From Candidatus Latescibacterota bacterium (GTDB lineage: Bacteria; Latescibacterota; UBA2968): DNA of 64,000 bases. Shown piece by piece: positions 45,481 through 53,943 of the stretch; positions within the stretch are counted from its first letter, which is position 1; every line of letters begins with the position of its first letter. A model generated the notes under the pieces. The model saw only the letters and a program-made list of their open reading frames with translations. It did no database searches and was not told where the DNA came from. The translations under genes were made by a program, and so were the position numbers. The stretch lies in the NCBI GenBank assembly GCA_965198115.1, contig OZ240241.1, forward strand, positions 2,688,001-2,752,000, read 5' to 3'.

Positions 45481-46812
45481 ATGCGCAAGATTCACCGGCT
45501 GTTTTGGGTGCTGGTTCCCATTTTCATATCTGCTTCCACCACGCACGCACAGACCGATGTCGAACGGGCCGACTTCGACGGCAACGGCATCGTGGACTTC
45601 GGTGACTTCCTGACGTTTGCCGCCGGCTTCGGTGCAGCCACTGGGGAAGAGGCATTCGATGCGACCCTCGATCTCAATGCATCGGGTCAGATCGACTTCG
45701 CCGATTTCCTCGTGTTCGCTGGCGCGTTCGGCGACTCGACTGCGCCACCTACGACCACATTCGTCTACATCGCCGACACGGCCGCGGGGGAAGTGAAGGC
45801 GTTCGATACATCGACGAATTTTCAGGATCCTGCTCGACGGCTCGTCGCCCATACACCTCAGGACGTCTTCTTTTCCGGCTTACAGCAGCGCTTTTTCGTT
45901 TCCTCGCTCGACACCTTTTATGCGTTCGACAATTCAGGCACTCTCACCTACGCAACGCCACTGACCGAAGTGTCGGACCTCGGGTTCGTCGTCTCGCGTG
46001 GCGGCTCGAAGATGGCCGTCAGCCCTGACCACTCGAAGGCCTACCTCTCCGAAGCGTTCGGACCGGTTGTCGAGATCATCAATCTCGTGGATGGCCAGAG
46101 CGAAGGTTTCATCGACGTGGCCGCAAACCCCCATGGAATCCAGATCAACGCGGCGGGCACCCGCCTGTTTATCGGTCACGGTGGCGCAAACGTGAGCCCG
46201 ACGATCGCCCCGATAACCGTCATTGACACGAATACCCGAACCGTCATCGACACCTTTTCTGTCGGCAACAACGGCGTGAATCGATTGGCCGTCAGCCCGA
46301 TCGATGGAACACTCTACACGAACAACGCCACCGGCGGAACGATCCTCGCGATCGATCCCTCATCCGGCGCCATCCTTCAAAGTGTAGATGTTGCAGGAGT
46401 CGATGACCTCTCTGTCCAGATTCTCGATGTCGGCGTGGCACCCGACGGCCAGCTCGTTTACTACACCGTGTCGCGAATCATCTCGGTCTTCGATCAGCAA
46501 GGCAACACCGACCTCGCGTTCATCGGAGGTCTCGGCATTGTCGAAGCTACCACGTTCGAACGCGTGGACGAGGTGCAGCTCGGTGAGGTAATGGCAAACG
46601 TCGGCATCACACCCGACGGATCCACGGCCTACGTCAGCGGGAGCGACAACCTCGAAGAAGTGCCCCCCAGCATCAAGATCTTCATCGTCGATCTCGACAC
46701 CCGCGAGGCGGCGGGAACCCTTCAGGGATTCGAGCTGCCCTCCGACATCTCCTTTGCTCCCGAAAAACCGGTCCTGAAGGCTGTCGCTTGGCCCGACGTC
46801 AGGATATTTTGA
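45481..46812 (+). CDS. Secreted protein: EF-hand/dockerin-like pair plus YVTN-type beta-propeller
   Basis: Signal peptide (THA-Q); DFDGNGIVDFGDF and DLNASGQIDFADF; repeats AVSPD..AY, VAPDG..VY, ITPDGSTAYV. Confidence 0.8.
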   Translation: MRKIHRLFWVLVPIFISASTTHAQTDVERADFDGNGIVDFGDFLTFAAGFGAATGEEAFDATLDLNASGQIDFADFLVFAGAFGDSTAPPTTTFVYIADTAAGEVKAFDTSTNFQDPARRLVAHTPQDVFFSGLQQRFFVSSLDTFYAFDNSGTLTYATPLTEVSDLGFVVSRGGSKMAVSPDHSKAYLSEAFGPVVEIINLVDGQSEGFIDVAANPHGIQINAAGTRLFIGHGGANVSPTIAPITVIDTNTRTVIDTFSVGNNGVNRLAVSPIDGTLYTNNATGGTILAIDPSSGAILQSVDVAGVDDLSVQILDVGVAPDGQLVYYTVSRIISVFDQQGNTDLAFIGGLGIVEATTFERVDEVQLGEVMANVGITPDGSTAYVSGSDNLEEVPPSIKIFIVDLDTREAAGTLQGFELPSDISFAPEKPVLKAVAWPDVRIF

Positions 46813-46948
46813 CGGACCGGATCGCCATCGACCCAGCCTCGGTTCCCTGCAAATCGTTTGCGATGAACCGCCCGCTGCCGTAGATTTCAACAGACAAGCC
46901 CGAGCCTGCCTCCCCTAACGAGTTAACTTTCCGTAAATAGGGGTACTT

Positions 46949-48016
46949 ATGATCGCATCTCTGCTTCTCGAGCCGGGGCGTCTGGAGTTGCGAGACGTCG
47001 AGATACCCGAACCCGGGACCGGCGAAGTGGTCGTCAGGGTGCGAACCGCCCTCACCTGCGGCACCGACCTCAAGGCCTTCCGCCGCGGTCACCCGAAAAT
47101 GAAGATTCCCGGACCCTTCGGCCACGAGTTCGCCGGGGATGTCTACGCGGTCGGCAAGGGGGTGACCAAGTTCAAGCCTGGCGACAAGATCATGACTGCG
47201 CCCTCCGCGCCCTGCGGGGAGTGCGTCTACTGCACCAAGGGCCAGGAGAATCTCTGTAGGACCACGATGGACACGATGGTCTGGGGCGCATTCGCCGAAT
47301 ACGTCTGCATGCCTGCCCACATCGTGGACAACAATATGTACTTGAAGCCTGACCATCTGTCCTACGAGGAGGCCGCGATGTTGGAGCCTCTTTCCTGCGT
47401 GGTCTACGGAATGGATCAGGTCGACGTCCGGCCGGACGACACCATCCTCATCATCGGTGCAGGAGCGATCGGCTTGCTGCACGTGATGGTCGCCCGGGCG
47501 CTCGGCGCCGAACGGGTCATCGTCGCCGGGAAGCGCGAGAATCGTCTCAAGCTGGCCTGGGCCGTCGGCGCCGATGCCGTCATCGACGCAGAAACCGAAA
47601 ACACCTTCGAGCGGGTCAAGGAACTCACTCAGGGGCTGGGCGCCGATGTCGTCATCGAGTGCACCGGGCAACTCGCCGTCTGGGAAGAGACGCCCGATCT
47701 CGTCCGTCCGGGTGGCACGGCCATCCTCTTCGGCGGACTCCCGATCGGCACGCGCGCAACCTTCGACACCGCACGCCTCCACTACGACCAGATCACGCTC
47801 AAGGGCGTCTTCCACTACACGCGAAGCGCGGTGAAGAAAGCCTACAACCTGCTGGCGGACAAAAAGATCACGGTTAGCGGTCTCATCTCCGGCACCTATT
47901 CGCTCCGGGATCTGAAACACGTGTTCGACAACCTGCTCCAGAAGGGCGGTGGCATCAAATTCGCCATCCTTCCGAGCGAACCCGAAACCGAAACCGGAAA
48001 GGTCGCTCAGGCCTGA
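46949..48016 (+). CDS. Zn-dependent medium-chain dehydrogenase (sorbitol/threonine DH-like)
   Basis: CGTD, GHE, CGECVYC..C, EPL, GAGAIG. Confidence 0.92.
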   Translation: MIASLLLEPGRLELRDVEIPEPGTGEVVVRVRTALTCGTDLKAFRRGHPKMKIPGPFGHEFAGDVYAVGKGVTKFKPGDKIMTAPSAPCGECVYCTKGQENLCRTTMDTMVWGAFAEYVCMPAHIVDNNMYLKPDHLSYEEAAMLEPLSCVVYGMDQVDVRPDDTILIIGAGAIGLLHVMVARALGAERVIVAGKRENRLKLAWAVGADAVIDAETENTFERVKELTQGLGADVVIECTGQLAVWEETPDLVRPGGTAILFGGLPIGTRATFDTARLHYDQITLKGVFHYTRSAVKKAYNLLADKKITVSGLISGTYSLRDLKHVFDNLLQKGGGIKFAILPSEPETETGKVAQA

Positions 48017-48039
48017 TCGATCGCGACACAAAGCAACCT

Positions 48040-49089
48040 CTGATTCCGTCCCTCACGCGCGTCGCCCGGATCTACGATCTGGGCGACGTTCGCATTGAAG
48101 AGCAACCCACGCCCCGGCTCCAGCATGGAGACGCGCTCGTGCGAATGGCCGTGTGCGGCATCTGCACGAGCGACACGCTACCCTGGTACGTTCGGCGTAA
48201 AGCTCCGGCCGTCCTCGGCCACGAACCCACTGGCACGATCGTCCAGACCGACTCCGACCTCTTCTCCGTGGGCGATCGGATTTTCATCCACCACCACGCG
48301 CCCTGTCTATCCTGTCGTCACTGTGAACGCCAAGAGTATTCCTTGTGCGCTCAGTGGCGAGCATCCGCCATCGATCCCGGAGGATTAGCCGAGTACGTCC
48401 GCGTGCCTGCCCACAACCTCGCGAACGACTGCTTCCGTTTGCCGGAGGCGATGTCTTTCGAAGACGGCGCGCTCATCGAGCCCGTCGCCTGCGCCGTCCA
48501 GGCGCTCAAGCGAAAATCGCGGATGCGATCGGGCGATCGCGTCCTCATCCTCGGTGCGGGAATGATGGGCCAGATCCTGATACGCGTGGCTCGGCACTAC
48601 GGCGCATCCATCCTGATGACGGCCGACCGCGTGCCTTACCGGCTGGGCAAAGCCGTCGAGATGGGCGCCGACCTGGCCGTCGACGTATCCAAAGACGATC
48701 TGGCCAAGGCCGTCAGGAAAGCCACGGACGGCGACGGGGCCGATCTCGTCGTCGTCTGTCCCGGCTCGATCGCGGCGATGACCTCCGGAATCGATTGCGT
48801 CGGGGCCGGCGGAACCGTCTGTCTCTTCACGCCCTCAGAGTCTCACGAGTCGCTATCGATCAACCCCTACGAATTCTGGTTCAACCACGTCACGCTCACC
48901 ACCAGCTATTCGTGCGGACCACCCGACACAGGCGAAGCCGCCGATCTCATCTCCCAAGGCGCTGTCACCGCCGACCAGATCGTCACTCACCGGTATCCTC
49001 TCGACCAGGCCGCGGACGGGTTTAAAACCGTGTCAGCAGCGGGCGAAAGCATCAAGACCCTCATCATCATCGACCCCACCCGTGGGTGA
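48040..49089 (+). CDS. Second Zn-dependent medium-chain dehydrogenase (start uncertain)
   Basis: GICTSD, LGHE, CLSCRHC..C, EPV, GAGMMG, VTHRYPL; family-like ARIYDLGDVRIEE lies upstream of the 48139 GTG. Confidence 0.88.
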   Translation: MIPSLTRVARIYDLGDVRIEEQPTPRLQHGDALVRMAVCGICTSDTLPWYVRRKAPAVLGHEPTGTIVQTDSDLFSVGDRIFIHHHAPCLSCRHCERQEYSLCAQWRASAIDPGGLAEYVRVPAHNLANDCFRLPEAMSFEDGALIEPVACAVQALKRKSRMRSGDRVLILGAGMMGQILIRVARHYGASILMTADRVPYRLGKAVEMGADLAVDVSKDDLAKAVRKATDGDGADLVVVCPGSIAAMTSGIDCVGAGGTVCLFTPSESHESLSINPYEFWFNHVTLTTSYSCGPPDTGEAADLISQGAVTADQIVTHRYPLDQAADGFKTVSAAGESIKTLIIIDPTRG

Positions 49090-49212
49090 AATCACCCTAC
49101 CGCATAATCGATTGCCCCTCCTTATCTACGTAACTATCTTCAGGCACTGAACTTGAGCGGCTTGTAGCCTTCCTGACAGCAACCCGACTCTGACAGCAGA
49201 AACCCGACCCCT

Positions 49213-50238
49213 GTGCCAGATTCCCCCGACCAGGCAGGATCGACAGTCCTTGGCCAGAGCGCCGCCATTCGGAGGGTGTTCGAACTGGTCGCCCGTGTCG
49301 CGGAAACCCCCGCCACCGTTCTGCTCACCGGAGAGAGCGGCACGGGCAAGGAACTGATCGCGCGGGAAATCCATCGGACGGGTGCCGAAACGGGCGCCCC
49401 GTTCGTGCTCGTGAACTGTGCGGCGATCCCCGGGGCCTTGCTGGAGGCCGAGCTTTTCGGCTACGAGCGTGGCGCATTTACGGACGCCAAGATCAGCAAA
49501 ATGGGCCTCCTGGAGCTGGGCGAAGGGGGAACCGTCCTGCTCGACGAAGTCGGCCTGATGCCCCTCGACCTCCAGGCCAAGCTACTCAGCGTCCTGGAAA
49601 GCAGGCGCTTCCGGAGAGTGGGCGGCACCGCGGAGATCGACCTCGGGACGCGGTTCATTGCCGCCAGCAACGCGGATCTCGACCTGGCCGTCCAGGAAAA
49701 CCGGTTTCGTCTGGACCTCCTCTACCGGCTCAACGTCTTTCCGATTCCGTTGCCACCTCTCCGCGACCGAGACGACGACGCCCTCCTCATCGCCCGACAC
49801 TTCCTCGACACCTACAGTGAGCGCTACGACCGCGGATCCCTCGAGCTGAGTCCGGGTGCAGAGCGGTGGCTCCTCGGCTACGACTGGCCCGGCAACGTAC
49901 GCGAACTCCGGAACGTCGTTGAACGGGCCGTGCTGCTTGCCCGATCACAGCTGATCCAGACCGAAGACCTCGCAGTCGGAAAAGAGGAAACCGACCTGGC
50001 GATGGATCAGCGAGGTGGCCTGTCGGTCACCGGGATCGGAGAAATTCATATCGAATTTCCGCCCTGGGGCATCGCCCTGGAAGACGTTGAAAAACGCTTG
50101 ATCGAAGCCGCCCTCGAGACGACCAGGGGTAAGGTTTCCAGAGCCGCCCAATTGCTCCGAGTATCCCGGGATACTCTGCGTTATAGAATTCGGAAGTACG
50201 GTATTACCTCGCCTCATCCTCCCGATCAATCAGCGTGA
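49213..50238 (+). CDS. Sigma54-dependent enhancer-binding protein (AAA+ and Fis-type HTH) without N-terminal sensor domain
   Basis: GESGTGKE, ELFG..GAFTDA, LLDEV, FRLDLLYRL, WPGNVREL, AAQLLRVSRDTLRYR; in-frame TGA at 49174. Confidence 0.93.
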   Translation: MPDSPDQAGSTVLGQSAAIRRVFELVARVAETPATVLLTGESGTGKELIAREIHRTGAETGAPFVLVNCAAIPGALLEAELFGYERGAFTDAKISKMGLLELGEGGTVLLDEVGLMPLDLQAKLLSVLESRRFRRVGGTAEIDLGTRFIAASNADLDLAVQENRFRLDLLYRLNVFPIPLPPLRDRDDDALLIARHFLDTYSERYDRGSLELSPGAERWLLGYDWPGNVRELRNVVERAVLLARSQLIQTEDLAVGKEETDLAMDQRGGLSVTGIGEIHIEFPPWGIALEDVEKRLIEAALETTRGKVSRAAQLLRVSRDTLRYRIRKYGITSPHPPDQSA

Positions 50239-50339
50239 TATGCCCCAAATGGGTCAAATCGCCCGATCCTTCGGCATCCCGCTTGGCTTTGCGATTTTCT
50301 ATCTGACATAGATTCAATCCTTTATGGGCGCAACGTAGA

Positions 50340-50356
50340 TCGGCACGAGAGTTGCG
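50340..50356 (+). promoter_or_regulatory. Sigma54 (-24/-12) promoter
   Basis: TCGGCACGAGAGTTGCG = GG-N10-GC, close to TGGCACG-N4-TTGC consensus, just downstream of a bEBP gene and ~48 nt before the next start. Confidence 0.8.
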
Positions 50357-50727
50357 TGAACAGACCATGCAGAGGTAATGCAAGCCCCAAACAGGAGGTC
50401 ACCGTGACACACCACGCTGCTCCCCACAGACCAGCGCCAAGTCGACCGCGCAGTCTACTTCTCCTATCTCTCTTCGCGGTCCTTCTTGGAGCATGTACTA
50501 CTCGCGACTCGGTGCTCGACAGTCGCTTCGAACTCGACACGGAAGATCCAGTCGAGGCGTTCGCACGTCTCCCCCAAGCGCCGGACCATCCGATCGGCAT
50601 CCCCAGCAACGGTGTCGTCACGCTCTCTCCCCTGTCTGCGCTGAAGAAGTGGGCAGGGCATCCAAGGGTCATCGAGAAGCACATCAGTGCCTCTCGCGGT
50701 GGCAATCTGTTTGCCTCGATAGGGTAC

Positions 50728-50843
50728 GATGGGGACGACGACGATGATGACGACGGGGACGACGACGAGGGAGACGACGAGGGAGACGACGAGGGAGACG
50801 ACGACGATGATGACGACGGGGACGACGATGGAGATAATGACGG
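50728..50843 (+). repeat. Asp/Gly/Glu-coding low-complexity tandem repeat
   Basis: GACGACGAGGGA x3 flanked by a duplicated GACGACGACGATGATGACGACGGGGACGACGA. Confidence 0.85.
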
Positions 50844-50923
50844 GGCGAGCGCGAGTGCGAATCGTGCTCGATGGTGGGAGAAGTTCGACCCGGAGGATGG
50901 CGACGAAACTTATGTCAACTTTT

Positions 50924-52343
50924 GGCTCTATCCGGGTTTCTCAACGGTGAAACTATAGAATGACAAGGTCATAGATCGTTCCCTACGCTTGGTTGTGTGT
51001 GTAGGACAATCAAAGCGAAGGGGGTGCGACCTATGACCGGGAGCAGATTACTATCGAAACTGCTGAGATTCAAGGGGTTCCGTGTTGTCAGCTGGTGGTT
51101 TGAGGGGAGAAGCTGTTTCGTCATCGCCGTAAAGCCACATAAGAATGGTTGTTGTTGTCCGGAGTGCGGCCGTCGAGGTAAAATCGTCCGCACAATGCCC
51201 CATCCGCGTCGGTGGCGTGACATTCCGGTGTGCGGGTGGAGGGTCTGGCTTCTCTACCATCCTCGGGAGATTCGGTGTCCTACCCACGGTCGTGTGGTCG
51301 AGGAGATTCCGTGGGCGGAGCGGTTCTCTCGGGTGACGTATCGCTTCGAGTATGCCATGCTGCGCTACTGCCAGACCATGACGCAGAAGGCGGCGTCCGA
51401 GTTACTGCGCATCTCTGCCTCGACGCTGTCGGATCTCCTTCACCGATCCATCACGCGGCTTCGTGAAGGTCATCGTATCCGAGGGCTCAAAACCATCGGG
51501 ATCGACGAGATCTCCTACGCCAAGCGTCACAGGTACGCCACGCTCGTTTACGATCTGGACCGCTCCTGCGTGGTGTGGGTTGGCCGCGGCAGGGCGCGTA
51601 AAACGATCGATCGGTTCTTCACAGAGGCTCTCAGTCCCTACCGGAGATCCAAGATCGAGTGGGCCTGCTGCGACATGAGCGAAGCTTACATCGGAGCCAT
51701 CCAGGAACACTGTCCGAATGCCAAGCTGGTCCTCGATCGCTTTCACATCGTCAAGGCTCTCAATGCCGCCGTTGACGAGGTCCGTAAGGACCAGTGGCGT
51801 AAAGCTGCCCCGGATGAGCGCAAAGCCATGAAGGGCCTCCGATGGCTCCTCTACCGGCACTCAGCGACACGCTCCAGAGGGGATACTCGGACACTCAAAG
51901 CACTGGAGAAGGCGAACTACCGAATCTATAGAGCCTGGAGACTCAAGGACGAGTTCGAGCAGTTCTGGGAATACAAAGCGCCCTGGGCTGCCGAACGCTT
52001 CCTGAAATGCTGGACGACGTCCGCACTCAGAAGTCGACTTGAACCCCTGCGAAAGTTCGTCAGGACCCTGCGACAGCACTTCTTCGGCGTCCTCGCATTC
52101 GTGAACACGCGTCTTACCAACGCCATCGCCGAAGGCCTCAACCGAATCGTCCAAATCGTCAAGAACCGAGCCAGCGGATTCCGCACACTCGACGCATTCA
52201 ACGATATGATCTTCCTTACCGTCGGAGACATAAACATCCCTGAGCAGATTCCGAAGAGGTTCCGCACACGCTAACCGCGCCCCCATGCCAGGAACCACGG
52301 CACCTTCACCCACTTCATCTCGTTGAGAGATCCGGATATAGCC
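50924..52343 (+). mobile_element. ISL3-family insertion sequence, copy 1 (1420 bp)
   Basis: Imperfect 23-bp IRs GGCTCTATCCGGGTTTCTCAACG / CGTTGAGAGATCCGGATATAGCC; 8-bp TSD CAACTTTT at 50916-50923 and 52344-52351. Confidence 0.95.
51033..52274 (+). CDS. ISL3 family transposase
   Basis: CPECG zinc finger, IGIDE, CCDM, LDRFHIV, TNAIAEGLN. Confidence 0.95.
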   Translation: MTGSRLLSKLLRFKGFRVVSWWFEGRSCFVIAVKPHKNGCCCPECGRRGKIVRTMPHPRRWRDIPVCGWRVWLLYHPREIRCPTHGRVVEEIPWAERFSRVTYRFEYAMLRYCQTMTQKAASELLRISASTLSDLLHRSITRLREGHRIRGLKTIGIDEISYAKRHRYATLVYDLDRSCVVWVGRGRARKTIDRFFTEALSPYRRSKIEWACCDMSEAYIGAIQEHCPNAKLVLDRFHIVKALNAAVDEVRKDQWRKAAPDERKAMKGLRWLLYRHSATRSRGDTRTLKALEKANYRIYRAWRLKDEFEQFWEYKAPWAAERFLKCWTTSALRSRLEPLRKFVRTLRQHFFGVLAFVNTRLTNAIAEGLNRIVQIVKNRASGFRTLDAFNDMIFLTVGDINIPEQIPKRFRTR

Positions 52344-52752
52344 CAACTTTTACGTCCCGAGGAATGCACTCGAGACGGACACGACGATCGAACTGACTGT
52401 CGTCGGGTCCGGGGTCGACGTCCAGGCCAGCTTCCAACCATCGGGTCTGCAGTTTCTCAAACCGGCCAGCCTATCGTTCGCTCTGCTGGGGGACGACATC
52501 GATCCCGACAATCTGGGCGGCTACCTCAGACTCGCCGACGGCACAACGATCGAGCAGCCGCACGAAATTCACCGATTCGGCAAGCTGCTCATCGTCCAGA
52601 TCTGGGTTTCTCACTTTTCCACCTACGAGCCGGATGACGGCGAGTGAGCGCCTACCCACTCACACGCCGATCGTTCGACCCTTCAGACCACACTGCCCCT
52701 TACTTGCGCACGTCTACATTCGCGGTTCGCGGACCCGCTTGAAGGCCCAAAC

Positions 52753-53943
52753 TTGAATACCTCCGAACTCAGCCGATTACTCGACAACGTGGAAGAGCTG
52801 GGTGGCGACAATGTCGTCGATCAGTTGCTCGATGTTGTACGTCGAGATCACATCCCGGCCGGTAAGGCAGTTCGTCAGATCGATCGAGCCATGAAGACCT
52901 TTCGGCGTCTCTGGGAAGGCCAGCCCGAAGGGATTTCAGCGAACATCCGTGTCGTCCTCAACCTCGCCGAGTCCTACGAAAACCTGGGTGGATTCGACCA
53001 GGCGAGGACCTCCTACGAGGAAGCACTCGGGGTCGCGAGAGCTGAGAATGATCAGATAGCTGAAGCGGACATCCTCAAGAAGATGGGTCGCGTCCTGAGA
53101 AAGCAGGGCAAATGGAAGGAAGCCCTTCGTCACATCGCTGACAGCCGCGTCATCCACGATACCCTTTCCAACGACCTCGGCGTCGCGACGTGTCGAGTGA
53201 GCGAAGGAATTGTACACTTCGAGCGCGGTGATTATCCGAGTGCGGGGGAAGCGTATCGGTTCGCACTCGAGATTGCCGAACAGCTTGGTAATCGACGCAT
53301 CGCCGCGTCTGCGAATCTCAACATCGGCATCCTCGAGAACATTGCGGGGAATTTCGAACAGGCGACGGCGAACTTCAGCGAGGCGCTGATGGCTGCACAG
53401 CAGCAGTCCTACACGGCCCTCGAGGGGCGCGCGTATCACAACCTCGGCATGTGTGGCATCTCCCGAGAGGATTGGGCCTCCGCGCTGGACGCCTTCGAGC
53501 AAGCACTCCAGATCTCCGAGGGAATAGGCGACCTGGCCCTGGCCGCGTCGTCCTATGTTCAGAAGGCACAGGTCTACCTGCGACTGAACGACCGCACACT
53601 ATCTGCCGCCTACTGCACGCGAGCGCTGGACATCTTCCAGGAAGTCGATCGCCCGCTCGGAAAGGCTGAAGCTCTCCGAATCCTGGGACGTTTGGTCGGA
53701 TCGGGCAGCGCCTACCGTACGGGTCGTGGACTGCTCGACGAGAGCCTCGATCTCTACGTTCGATTCGAAAACCCTCTCGGCGAGGCCGAGGTCCGTCGCG
53801 AAATCGGCATCCTCGAGTCGGAACAGGGAAACCCGGAAGAGGCGCGCACGCACCTGATACAGGCCGTTGAAATCTTCGATCGCCTCGGGGCCCGGGTCGA
53901 TGTCGAGCGAACGCAAGCTCTGATCGAGGGTCTATCCTCTTGA
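52753..53943 (+). CDS. Tetratricopeptide repeat protein (MalT-type TPRs)
   Basis: About eight ~40-aa repeats (NLA..Y..LG....A...YEEAL, NIG....GNFEQA, NLG....A...FEQAL); no signal peptide. Confidence 0.88.
   Translation: MNTSELSRLLDNVEELGGDNVVDQLLDVVRRDHIPAGKAVRQIDRAMKTFRRLWEGQPEGISANIRVVLNLAESYENLGGFDQARTSYEEALGVARAENDQIAEADILKKMGRVLRKQGKWKEALRHIADSRVIHDTLSNDLGVATCRVSEGIVHFERGDYPSAGEAYRFALEIAEQLGNRRIAASANLNIGILENIAGNFEQATANFSEALMAAQQQSYTALEGRAYHNLGMCGISREDWASALDAFEQALQISEGIGDLALAASSYVQKAQVYLRLNDRTLSAAYCTRALDIFQEVDRPLGKAEALRILGRLVGSGSAYRTGRGLLDESLDLYVRFENPLGEAEVRREIGILESEQGNPEEARTHLIQAVEIFDRLGARVDVERTQALIEGLSS

Larger units (their letters stand above)
50404..52647 (+). pseudogene. Lipoprotein (271 aa reconstructed) with acidic repeat and ZU5-like domain ending SHFSTYEPDDGE, interrupted by ISL3
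   Basis: AGGAGG + GTG 50404; LLGAC lipobox; removing the IS and one CAACTTTT restores the frame ...YVNF-YVPRNALETDTTIELT...FQPSGLQFLKPASLSF...WVSHFSTY...TGA at 52645-52647. Confidence 0.85.

Noticed and set aside
50728-50843. CRISPR array or non-coding repeat
   Set aside because: No unique spacers; the repeats are in-frame Asp/Glu/Gly codons. No CRISPR array or cas gene seen anywhere in the window.
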